Positions 41,016-49,460 of a DNA stretch of 64,000 nt are shown piece after piece. The notes beneath the pieces are model-generated. The model was not told the origin of the DNA, did not search any database, and saw nothing but the letters and a program-made list of their open reading frames with translations. Each line of letters begins with the position of its first letter. The first letter of the stretch is position 1. A program made the position numbers and the translations under genes. Source of the stretch: a virus (taxonomy: Duplodnaviria > Caudoviricetes); IMG/VR virus record IMGVR_UViG_3300032216_001431, positions 31,488-95,487 of that record. One strand, written 5' to 3'.

Positions 41016-41827
41016 AAATTTTAGTTCTTGGTTCTTCGGGTCAAGTAGGAAGTCATCTGGTAAATTTTTTAAAATTAAAAAATTATGATGTTCAGGAATA
41101 TGATATAGTTAATGATGTTAATCAGGATTTAAGAAAGCAAACTGAAGAATTTGCTGACTTGGTTGAAAAGACCGATTTTATATTTTTCTTGGCTTTTGAT
41201 GTAGGTGGGTCAAGATATCTTTCTAAGTATCAGCATACTCCTGAGTTTATGGAAAATAATCTTTTAATAATGACAAACACGTTTGCTTTACTGCGTAAAT
41301 ATAATAAACCGTTTGTTTTTGCTAGTAGTCAAATGTCAAATATGTCATATTCTCCATATGGAGTTTTAAAGGCAGTTGGGGAAAATTATACTCGCGCATT
41401 AGATGGAAGAATTGTCAAGTTTTGGAATGTTTATGGTGTTGAGCATGATATGAGTAAATCTCATGTAATAACTGATTTTATTATTAAGGCTCGGGATACA
41501 GGTAAGATTGATATGCTTACAGATGGTCAAGAAGAGCGCGAGTTTTTATATGCTGAAGATTGTTGTGAAGCACTAGAAACTGTTATGTTGAATTATAATA
41601 ACTTTACAAAAGATAGTGAATTAAATATTAGTAGTTTTAAGTCTAGTAAGGTTATTGAGGTTGCTGATATCATTGCTAGTTATTTCGGAGCAGAGGTTAT
41701 TCCTTCTGATCTTAGAGATTCTGTTCAAATGAATAAGAAGAATGTGGCAGATAAATTAATTTTAGATTATTGGAATCCAAAAACCTCGCTTGAGGACGGT
41801 ATTAAAAAAGTTATTGAAAGTATGTAG
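41012..41827 (+). CDS. NAD-dependent sugar epimerase/dehydratase (extended SDR)
   Basis: GSSGQVG, YGVLK, NVYG, REFLY.ED. Confidence 0.85.
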   Translation: MKILVLGSSGQVGSHLVNFLKLKNYDVQEYDIVNDVNQDLRKQTEEFADLVEKTDFIFFLAFDVGGSRYLSKYQHTPEFMENNLLIMTNTFALLRKYNKPFVFASSQMSNMSYSPYGVLKAVGENYTRALDGRIVKFWNVYGVEHDMSKSHVITDFIIKARDTGKIDMLTDGQEEREFLYAEDCCEALETVMLNYNNFTKDSELNISSFKSSKVIEVADIIASYFGAEVIPSDLRDSVQMNKKNVADKLILDYWNPKTSLEDGIKKVIESM

Positions 41828-41830
41828 TAA

Positions 41831-42640
41831 ATGGCTAAAGAAAAGTTTCAATTAGTAGGAGATAATTTTACGCATTTGTCTAATGGTAATCGTGGATATT
41901 CTACACATGGAAAAGAATCTAAGAATATTGAATGGACCAAAGATTATTGTGAGACTGTCTTTTATCTTGATGATTTTATTCATATTGCTAAATATAATGA
42001 AGATTCAAGTAGAAAGCAGTACGGATGGATATGTGAATCTCAATATATAACACCAGATATTGTAAATTATGCTAAATCAAATGTTGAAGAATGTGTCGCC
42101 CCATTTGAAGCGATTTTTACTCACAATAAAGAATTGATTAATTTACATAATAAATTTAAATTTGCTCCAGCGTCAGCGGGTGTTTGGGTTAAAGATTTTT
42201 ATTTAAGGCCGAAGATAAAACTTATCTCTATGATTTCTTCTAGCAAAAGCGGCTTGCCGGGGTATGAGAAAAGATTAAGTTGGGTGGATAGATTAAAGAA
42301 TTCGGTTGATTTGTATGGTCGTGGTTTCAATGAAATTGAATTTAAAGAACAAGGTTTAGAAGATTATATGTTTTCTGTTGCTATTGAAAATGGAAGTTAT
42401 GAAACTTATTTCACTGAAAAGATTCTAGATTGTTTTGCTACCGGGACTGTCCCGATTTATTTGGGTGCCCCAGATATTGGGAATTATTTTAATCCTGAAG
42501 GTATAATTGAACTTGAAGATGGTTTTGAGTTTTCAGAATCAATTTATTACAGTAAGATTGATGCAATAAAAGAAAATTGTGAGATTGCTAAAAAATTTGA
42601 ATTAGCAGAAGATTATATATATGAAAGATATTTTTTATGA
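41831..42640 (+). CDS. GT10-like (fucosyltransferase-family) glycosyltransferase
   Basis: YMFSVAIEN..Y.TEKI.D.F..GTVPIY.G. Confidence 0.8.
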   Translation: MAKEKFQLVGDNFTHLSNGNRGYSTHGKESKNIEWTKDYCETVFYLDDFIHIAKYNEDSSRKQYGWICESQYITPDIVNYAKSNVEECVAPFEAIFTHNKELINLHNKFKFAPASAGVWVKDFYLRPKIKLISMISSSKSGLPGYEKRLSWVDRLKNSVDLYGRGFNEIEFKEQGLEDYMFSVAIENGSYETYFTEKILDCFATGTVPIYLGAPDIGNYFNPEGIIELEDGFEFSESIYYSKIDAIKENCEIAKKFELAEDYIYERYFL

Positions 42641-43278
42641 AAAAAACAGATTTTCCAGATATACAATTTTCTGGAGTTGTCCATGTGGGTGCTTGTCGCG
42701 GTGAAGAATTGCCAGACCATGTTGAAATGGGTGCAAAAAAAATTATATGGATTGAAGCAAATCCTGATGTCTATGGTGAGATGCAGGTCGCTATTGCAGG
42801 ATCAGAAGTGGATAATCATACGTTTTGCTTTGCATGTACAGATTCTGATGATGAAAAAATAGATTTTAATTTAATTTATGGTCCAGATGCTGATTTCATG
42901 GTTGGGAATAAAGGTTGTTCGTCCATTTTTGAGCCAATTGGAAGATTTGAATCATGGTTTAAAGAAAAAATAATTGTTGATACTATTACTTTGGACACTC
43001 TATTTTTTAGAAATAATTTTAATTTTTCAGATTTTCAACTTTTAGAGATGGATGTTCAAGGAGCCGAAATGAAAGTGCTTCTAGGAGCAAAAGAGTTATT
43101 AAAAAGTATTAAATATATTTATTCAGAAGTCACTTTTTATGATTCAGATTATAAAAATTGTCCGTTGTTTGAAGAAATTAATGATTTTCTTGAAGAAAAT
43201 GGTTTTAAGCATTTAAAAACAATAATGCAGGCTCCTAATTGGGGAGATGCGTTATTTGTTAGAAAAGATTTAATATGA
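42637..43278 (+). CDS. FkbM-family methyltransferase
   Basis: HVGA, IEANP, MDVQGAE..VL.GA, WGDALF. Confidence 0.9.
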   Translation: MKKTDFPDIQFSGVVHVGACRGEELPDHVEMGAKKIIWIEANPDVYGEMQVAIAGSEVDNHTFCFACTDSDDEKIDFNLIYGPDADFMVGNKGCSSIFEPIGRFESWFKEKIIVDTITLDTLFFRNNFNFSDFQLLEMDVQGAEMKVLLGAKELLKSIKYIYSEVTFYDSDYKNCPLFEEINDFLEENGFKHLKTIMQAPNWGDALFVRKDLI

Positions 43279-44114
43279 TTAGTTTTAATAAATTAGGTAA
43301 TATGGGCAGACTTGGAAATCAAATGTTTCAATATGCTGCTTTAAAAGGGATTGCTCGTTTTAATGATTATGAGTTTATGATTCCTCATCCTGAATCAGAT
43401 AGGTCCGATAATTATGGGGTATTTGATTGTTTTAAGATGTCAGATTGTGGCGCATTGTATGGAGAGCAATCTAATGTAAGAAATATTTTAATAGAAAACT
43501 TCCATTTCGATGCTAATTTTTATTTGACCTGTCCTGACAATGTTAATATTGAAGGTTTTTTTCAAACAGAAAAATATTTTAAAAATATAAAAGATGAAAT
43601 TTTAAATGATTTTACTTTTAAAGAGGAATGGGTTGAAAAATCTGAGAAAATAATTAATAATATTGATTCAGAAAAGGTAGTTGCATTACATGTAAGGAGA
43701 GGCGATCCGAATTTTTGGTGGGCGTACACTAATTTATCTCAACATCATCCACCTTGCACTGAAGAGTATTATCTAAAAGCATTGGAAAATTTTGGTGACG
43801 ACTATAAGGTTTTGGTAATTTCAGATCTTATTGAATGGTGTAAAGAACAGCCTTGGCTACAAGGGGATAGATTTATTTTTTCAGAAGAGTCTTCAAGTAA
43901 GTTTTCTGACAGGTCTTGTGTTCCGTACGTTGATTTATGTTTAATGTCTATGTGCGACGATATTATTATTGCTAATAGTAGTATGAGTTGGTGGGGTGCT
44001 TGGTTGAATAAGAATCCTAATAAAAAAGTAATAGCACCTCAAACTTGGTTCGGCCCAGCATATAGTCATTTTAGTATGGAAGATCTTATACCGGAAGGCT
44101 GGATTAAATTATGA
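43275..44114 (+). CDS. GT11 alpha-1,2-fucosyltransferase-like protein
   Basis: GRLGNQMFQYA, GFFQ.EKYF, HVRRGD, IIANSS.SWWGAWL. Confidence 0.92.
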   Translation: MISFNKLGNMGRLGNQMFQYAALKGIARFNDYEFMIPHPESDRSDNYGVFDCFKMSDCGALYGEQSNVRNILIENFHFDANFYLTCPDNVNIEGFFQTEKYFKNIKDEILNDFTFKEEWVEKSEKIINNIDSEKVVALHVRRGDPNFWWAYTNLSQHHPPCTEEYYLKALENFGDDYKVLVISDLIEWCKEQPWLQGDRFIFSEESSSKFSDRSCVPYVDLCLMSMCDDIIIANSSMSWWGAWLNKNPNKKVIAPQTWFGPAYSHFSMEDLIPEGWIKL

Positions 44115-44725
44115 AAATAAATGATATTGCTGAAAAGTCATATTGTATTTCTTTAGAAAGAAGACCTGACAGGTGGGAAACTGTAAAAAAAGAATTTGAT
44201 AGTAATGAAATCTTTGTGGAAAGATTTTTTGCCACGGATGGTCAATTACTTGAAAATACTTCTCAGTTTTTTTATAAGGGTGAAGCGGGTGCCCTAGACT
44301 CACACAGAAGGGTTTTAAAGGACGCTATTGACAATGATCTTGATTGTGTAGCAATATTTGAAGATGATGTAATGTTTGTAGATAATTTTAATGAAAAATT
44401 TGAAAATTATTATTCTGAGATTCCTTCAGATTGGGAAACTATTGGTTTAGGTTATAATAAACCTTCGGGTCATTGGAATAAAATTTCTAATAATGTGTCT
44501 AGGTTAAGAAACGTATATTGTGCCCACGCTTTCTTAATAAAAAGAAATGCTATAGAATATTCTTACAATTTAATGTTAAATAATACTTTGCAGGCAGACG
44601 TATATTATGGAATGTCTCAAGAAGTGTTTCCAACCTACGGCTTATTTAATGCTTTAGCAGTACAGCGTGCTGGGTATTCAGATATTCTTGAAAATGAAAT
44701 TGATTATGGAGATATTTACAAATAA
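44111..44725 (+). CDS. GT25 glycosyltransferase
   Basis: ISL.RR.DR, A.DG, G...SH, IFEDD. Confidence 0.85.
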   Translation: MKINDIAEKSYCISLERRPDRWETVKKEFDSNEIFVERFFATDGQLLENTSQFFYKGEAGALDSHRRVLKDAIDNDLDCVAIFEDDVMFVDNFNEKFENYYSEIPSDWETIGLGYNKPSGHWNKISNNVSRLRNVYCAHAFLIKRNAIEYSYNLMLNNTLQADVYYGMSQEVFPTYGLFNALAVQRAGYSDILENEIDYGDIYK

Positions 44726-45495
44726 TGAAATTTAATAATATTAGTGAGTTGTACCCTTTGGGTACAATAGAGATTCCAATTGTTATACCAACATTTAATA
44801 ATCCAACTTATTTAAAGAATACTGTTGATTACTTTCTCGACAGAGATTTTAATATTATTGTTTTAGATAATGCTTCAACATATCCACCTATGCTTGAACT
44901 ATTGTTTGATTTATCAGAAAAAAATAAATGTTATGTTGTTATGCAAAATTCAAACGAGGGACCAAGACAATTCTTTTATAATAAAGAATTTTACAATTGG
45001 CTTCCTAATTATTTTTATGCAACTGATCCAGATTTAGGATATAACAAAGATCTTACTAGAGAAGATTGGCTTAGTTTTATAGATATTAGTGAAAGACTTG
45101 ATATGTATAAAGTTGGCGTAGGTATGAGACTTGATATTGAAGATAGTAACATATTAGACTTAGTAAGAAATTATGGTTACATGACTAGTATTCGTGAATT
45201 AGAAAATAGTTATTACAATAGACCCTGCTCAGCAACAGAGCAAGGTGATGTTATATATAATGCTCCTATAGATACAACCTTTGCCTTATACAATAAAAAG
45301 AATCAGCCATTATCTGGAAATAATTTTATGGATAAGAATGTTAGAGTTCGTGGTAGGTTTGATAGTTGGCATTATGGTTGGTTTGACCCACAACCAATGC
45401 CCTTAGAAGAGCAAGAATTTTATACTGAAGCGTGTAAGCCTTATGTATTTTCTTCTGGAGAGGTGGTAAGGCGTGGAGATCGTGCAGCGTACTAA
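44725..45495 (+). CDS. GT-A fold (GT2-like) glycosyltransferase
   Basis: IVIPTFN, LDNAS, TDPD, IDTTFALY. Confidence 0.75.
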   Translation: MKFNNISELYPLGTIEIPIVIPTFNNPTYLKNTVDYFLDRDFNIIVLDNASTYPPMLELLFDLSEKNKCYVVMQNSNEGPRQFFYNKEFYNWLPNYFYATDPDLGYNKDLTREDWLSFIDISERLDMYKVGVGMRLDIEDSNILDLVRNYGYMTSIRELENSYYNRPCSATEQGDVIYNAPIDTTFALYNKKNQPLSGNNFMDKNVRVRGRFDSWHYGWFDPQPMPLEEQEFYTEACKPYVFSSGEVVRRGDRAAY

Positions 45496-46072
45496 ATTTT
45501 CTGTTATTGCCGTTGATTATGAGAATCATGTTCCCCGCGAAGGTATGGTTAATGGTTTAAAATCTTTAGCAGAACAAACTTTTCAAGATTTTGAATTAAT
45601 AATTTGTCACGATGGTCCAAAACAAATTCCTTATGAAGACGAAATAAACTTTAAAGAATTAGGTTTTTCACCTATAATTATAAATACGCCACAGCATTAT
45701 GGAAATTGGGGACATTCAAGCAGAGACATGGCAATGCGACAAGCCAACGGTGAATATTTTATTCAATTTAATATAGATAATAAATTTTATCCGACCGCTT
45801 TTGAGAAAATAAATAATTGTATAGAGGAAACTTCTTCAAGTGTTGTGATTTTTACAATTCAGCATTTTAAAGAGGGAGGAAGATTTATTAAAGGTGTGCC
45901 ACCTTCTCATGGTCAAATTGATTGTATGCAATTGGTGGCACATAGAAATGTTTGGCAAGAATTAGGTTATTGGTATAACACTAATATTGAATCCGATGGA
46001 TATATTTATTCAAGAATCGGAGAGAATTATTTGTATTCTCATATAGATGAATGTCTAGGCGAAAATTACTAG
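45473..46072 (+). CDS. GT2-like glycosyltransferase
   Basis: SL.EQTFQDFELIICHDG, A.GEY..Q.N.DN. Confidence 0.8.
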   Translation: MEIVQRTKFSVIAVDYENHVPREGMVNGLKSLAEQTFQDFELIICHDGPKQIPYEDEINFKELGFSPIIINTPQHYGNWGHSSRDMAMRQANGEYFIQFNIDNKFYPTAFEKINNCIEETSSSVVIFTIQHFKEGGRFIKGVPPSHGQIDCMQLVAHRNVWQELGYWYNTNIESDGYIYSRIGENYLYSHIDECLGENY

Positions 46073-46079
46073 GAGAATT

Positions 46080-47090
46080 GTGAAAAGAGTTTTACTTACC
46101 GGAGCGTCCGGCTTTGTGGGTAGCCATGTGCTTAGGCATATTATTTTAAATACAGATTGGTTTGTAGTTTGTCCAACAACCTTTACTCACAAAGGTTTAC
46201 AGGATAGAATAAGGGTGGCTTTGGATGATCTTCCAGATGCGTATAAGCGAGTAAAAATTATTCGTTGTGACTTTACCTCTCCAATTTCTCCCATTACTGC
46301 CAGAGAATTTGGTGACGTGGACCTTGTTATTAATGTGGCGAGTGAAAGTCATGTTGATAGAAGTATTGAAGAGCCTGCACAATTTATTATTAATAATGTG
46401 TCATTGATTTGTCACGTTCTTGATTGGGCTAGGAATTCAAATATTGAAAAGTTTATTCAAGTATCTACTGATGAAGTTTATGGTCCTGCTCCTGATGGGT
46501 ATGCTCACATTGAATGGGAAGATCAGCATCTACCTAGTAATCCTTATTCTGCATCTAAAGCCGCTCAGGAAGATATTGCATTCTCCTATTGGAGAACTTA
46601 TGGTGTTCCTTTAATTATTACTAATACTATGAATATTATTGGTGAGACACAAGATCCTGAAAAATACGTTCCTATGGTTATTAAGAAAGTTCTTAATAAA
46701 GAAAAAGTTTCAATTCATGGTTCCTTAGATGGAAAAATTGGTAGCCGTTTTTATTTACATGCTCGTAATCAGGCTGACGGATTGCTTTATGTTTCTAATT
46801 TACCAGCACCTGCATATGGAGAAGCCAGTACCCCTGCCAGATATCACATTGCAGGTGAACGTGAGGTTGATAATTTAGAGATTGCAAAGTTAATTGCTGA
46901 ATATGTTGGTAAACCACTTAATTATGAGATTGTTGATTTTCATTCTTCAAGGCCCGGTCATGATTTAAGATATGCTCTTAATCAGGACAGGATTGAAAAT
47001 GCGGGATGGAAAATGCCTCTCCCTTTTGAAGAGTCTTTAGAAAGAACTGTTAAATGGACATTAAATCACCCTGAATGGCTCATGATCTGA
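46080..47090 (+). CDS. rmlB: dTDP-glucose 4,6-dehydratase-like protein (RmlB family)
   Basis: TGASGFVG, ASESHVDRSI, STDEVYG, PYSASKA, RPGHDLRY. Confidence 0.88.
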   Translation: MKRVLLTGASGFVGSHVLRHIILNTDWFVVCPTTFTHKGLQDRIRVALDDLPDAYKRVKIIRCDFTSPISPITAREFGDVDLVINVASESHVDRSIEEPAQFIINNVSLICHVLDWARNSNIEKFIQVSTDEVYGPAPDGYAHIEWEDQHLPSNPYSASKAAQEDIAFSYWRTYGVPLIITNTMNIIGETQDPEKYVPMVIKKVLNKEKVSIHGSLDGKIGSRFYLHARNQADGLLYVSNLPAPAYGEASTPARYHIAGEREVDNLEIAKLIAEYVGKPLNYEIVDFHSSRPGHDLRYALNQDRIENAGWKMPLPFEESLERTVKWTLNHPEWLMI

Positions 47091-47115
47091 GTTAATATCT
47101 GAGATTGGAATAAGC

Positions 47116-48156
47116 ATGAAATTATATCGACAAGAAAGCCAACTTTGCTTTGATGACATTTTGTTGGTCCCAAATCCATCTGCTATAGAAAGCAGAAAAG
47201 ACATAGATCTATCTATGTCAATTGGATATGGGAATAGAAAGATTGATTTGTATCTACCTGTTATTTCTGCTCCTATGGATACTGTTACAGAATCTGCAAT
47301 GGCTATTGAAGTTGCAAAATTTGGTGGCCTTGGAATTATTCATAGGTATTCTAAGATTGAAGATCAGGCCGCTCAGGTTTTTGAAGTTTCTAAAAAAGGT
47401 TATGTTGTTGGTGCGTCAGTGCCAACATCTCTTAGAGATTCAGTAATCCCTCAAGTAAAATCTTTAATTTATGTTGGTGCTAAAGTAATTTTAGTAGATA
47501 CTGCAAATGGTCATAATTTTGCTGCAATTAAGGCTGTCTCAGAGATTAGGAAAGAATTTCCAGATATTCATATTATGGCTGGGAATGTTTCTACTTGGGA
47601 TGGATTCATGCATTTGTCTCAGGCCGGGGCTGATTCTGTTCGCGTCGGTATTGGTGGAGGTTCATGTTGTACTACAAGAATAGCGACTGGTCATGGAATT
47701 CCAACTCTGGCTTCTATTATGGAAATTTATGAGTATCAAGAACGTCTAGATCTTCCTACATCTATTATTGCAGATGGAGGAATCAGGAATTCTGGAGACA
47801 TGGTGAAGGCGTTTGCCGCTGGTGCTGATGCAGTTATGGTAGGGTCTATGCTATCTGGTCACACAGAGTCACCGGGTAATGTTTTCAAGGAAGATGGAAA
47901 AGACTATAAGCGACTTCGTGGCATGGCAAGTTCTCATGCTCAAAAAGATTGGCGTGGCTCTGTAAGTGGAGAAGAAGGTATATCAACGAAGGTTTTGTTC
48001 AAGGGTCTAGCAGAAAACACTCTTAATTCAATTAGAAACGGAATTTCAAGTGGCTGTTCCTATGCAGGTGTAGAGAGATTAGAAGAATTAAGCATTACAT
48101 CTCAGTATGTAAAAGTTTCACCTTTATCTGTAAAGGAGAGTTTGCCTCATGTATGA
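47116..48156 (+). CDS. IMP dehydrogenase/GMP reductase family protein, no CBS domains
   Basis: SAPMDTVTE, AGNV, VGIGGGSCCTTR, IADGGI, RGMAS. Confidence 0.9.
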   Translation: MKLYRQESQLCFDDILLVPNPSAIESRKDIDLSMSIGYGNRKIDLYLPVISAPMDTVTESAMAIEVAKFGGLGIIHRYSKIEDQAAQVFEVSKKGYVVGASVPTSLRDSVIPQVKSLIYVGAKVILVDTANGHNFAAIKAVSEIRKEFPDIHIMAGNVSTWDGFMHLSQAGADSVRVGIGGGSCCTTRIATGHGIPTLASIMEIYEYQERLDLPTSIIADGGIRNSGDMVKAFAAGADAVMVGSMLSGHTESPGNVFKEDGKDYKRLRGMASSHAQKDWRGSVSGEEGISTKVLFKGLAENTLNSIRNGISSGCSYAGVERLEELSITSQYVKVSPLSVKESLPHV

Positions 48157-48490
48157 GTCAGAGCCAATTCAAGGCTTAAAAGGATATGATTCAATTGATT
48201 ATGCATATGATAAGTATGCTCCCAAAAATGGTGTAGAAAAAGAAATAGTTACTCTCTGTAACGAGATGGCTGAGTTTCTAATTAAAAAGAATCGTGCCTA
48301 TGGAAATTCTGCTCTAGAGCCTGTGCGAGTTTTTTCTAAAGCAGGAAATCAAGAACAGTTGCTTGTTCGAATTGATGACAAATTAAGTAGATTCTTTAAG
48401 GGGACAGAGTTCCCCGGTGATAATGACATTGATGACTTAATTGGCTATCTGGTATTATTAAAGATAGCAATGCGAGATAGTTGGAGATAA
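48149..48490 (+). CDS. DUF1599/nucleotide-modification-associated-domain-like protein
   Basis: KKN.AYGNS, RIDDKL.R, DDLIGYL.L. Confidence 0.7.
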   Translation: MYESEPIQGLKGYDSIDYAYDKYAPKNGVEKEIVTLCNEMAEFLIKKNRAYGNSALEPVRVFSKAGNQEQLLVRIDDKLSRFFKGTEFPGDNDIDDLIGYLVLLKIAMRDSWR

Positions 48491-48491
48491 T

Positions 48492-48659
48492 ATGCCGATG
48501 TACACATATACCTGTATGCCTTGTGATAAGGAAATGGTTCTTATGCAAAAAATGGAACAACGCGATTCGGCTCGTTGTCCAGAGTGTGGTTATAGTTTAA
48601 TTCGTGGAATTGATAGGCCCGGAAGTGTTTGGGCACCTACGGCTGGTGGATTCCGGTGA
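48492..48659 (+). CDS. FmdB-family zinc ribbon protein not in the ORF track
   Basis: MPMYTYTCMPC...CPECG. Confidence 0.85.
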   Translation: MPMYTYTCMPCDKEMVLMQKMEQRDSARCPECGYSLIRGIDRPGSVWAPTAGGFR

Positions 48660-48943
48660 AAAAGAAACAACAAATTTCGGCTCGTATCCCTTACAACAAT
48701 CCAGATATAACAGTTTATACAGAATTAGAATTTGGTAAAGATGTTATTAAGCCGGGGGATAAGATTAAAATTAAGAATGCTCGCGGTTATTTTGTTTTTC
48801 ATAAGTGGGCACATAATTCTCGTCTTGATGTGACATGGATTGATTGTATGAATCCAAACACTGGTGAGTTCAGGTCTTTTTATATGGATAACCTTAAGGG
48901 TGTTCATCGTGCTAAAAAGAGTATAAGGAAGAAACTTGTCTAA
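48656..48943 (+). CDS. Hypothetical protein
   Basis: GTG start overlapping the upstream stop; WIDC..FRSFY. Confidence 0.65.
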   Translation: MKKKQQISARIPYNNPDITVYTELEFGKDVIKPGDKIKIKNARGYFVFHKWAHNSRLDVTWIDCMNPNTGEFRSFYMDNLKGVHRAKKSIRKKLV

Positions 48944-49460
48944 AGAATTAGAAGTTGCTGAACGCTTTGACTCTATGAATAGAGTTGTTGAAGAGTTGCT
49001 TAAGGGTAATAATCCTACTCAGATAGCAAAAATTCTTTCTATCAAGCGTGCCACTGTGCTTGAACTTATTGAAGACTGGAAGAATATTGTTCACAATGAT
49101 AATAGTATCCATGTTCGGGCTAGAGAGGCTTTAGCGGCTGCTGATCAGCATTATGCCATGATTATTAATAGAGCATGGGAAACAGTTGAGCAGGCTGATT
49201 CAAATCAACAGTACAGTGTTAAGGCGGGGGCTTTAAAACTAGTCGCAGATACAGAAGCAAAACGTATGGACATGCTTAATCGCGCTGGCCTTTTAGAGAA
49301 TAATGAAATGGCTGACAAGATTATAGACAATGAACGTAAACAAACATTGCTAATGGGTATTCTAAGAGACGTATCTTCACAATGTGATCATTGTAAGTAT
49401 GAGGTTGCACAGAGACTTTCTCAGGTAACAAATCAAGTAGAAGTGATACGAGAAAATTGA
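48936..49460 (+). CDS. Putative terminase small subunit (N-terminal HTH)
   Basis: HTH NPTQIAKILSIKRATV; helical; directly upstream of TerL. Confidence 0.6.
   Translation: MSKELEVAERFDSMNRVVEELLKGNNPTQIAKILSIKRATVLELIEDWKNIVHNDNSIHVRAREALAAADQHYAMIINRAWETVEQADSNQQYSVKAGALKLVADTEAKRMDMLNRAGLLENNEMADKIIDNERKQTLLMGILRDVSSQCDHCKYEVAQRLSQVTNQVEVIREN

Noticed and set aside
34211-47090. Host chromosomal LPS/capsule locus or assembly chimera
   Set aside because: Genes are coupled to phage genes at both ends, share the CCWGG avoidance, and lack export or polymerase genes
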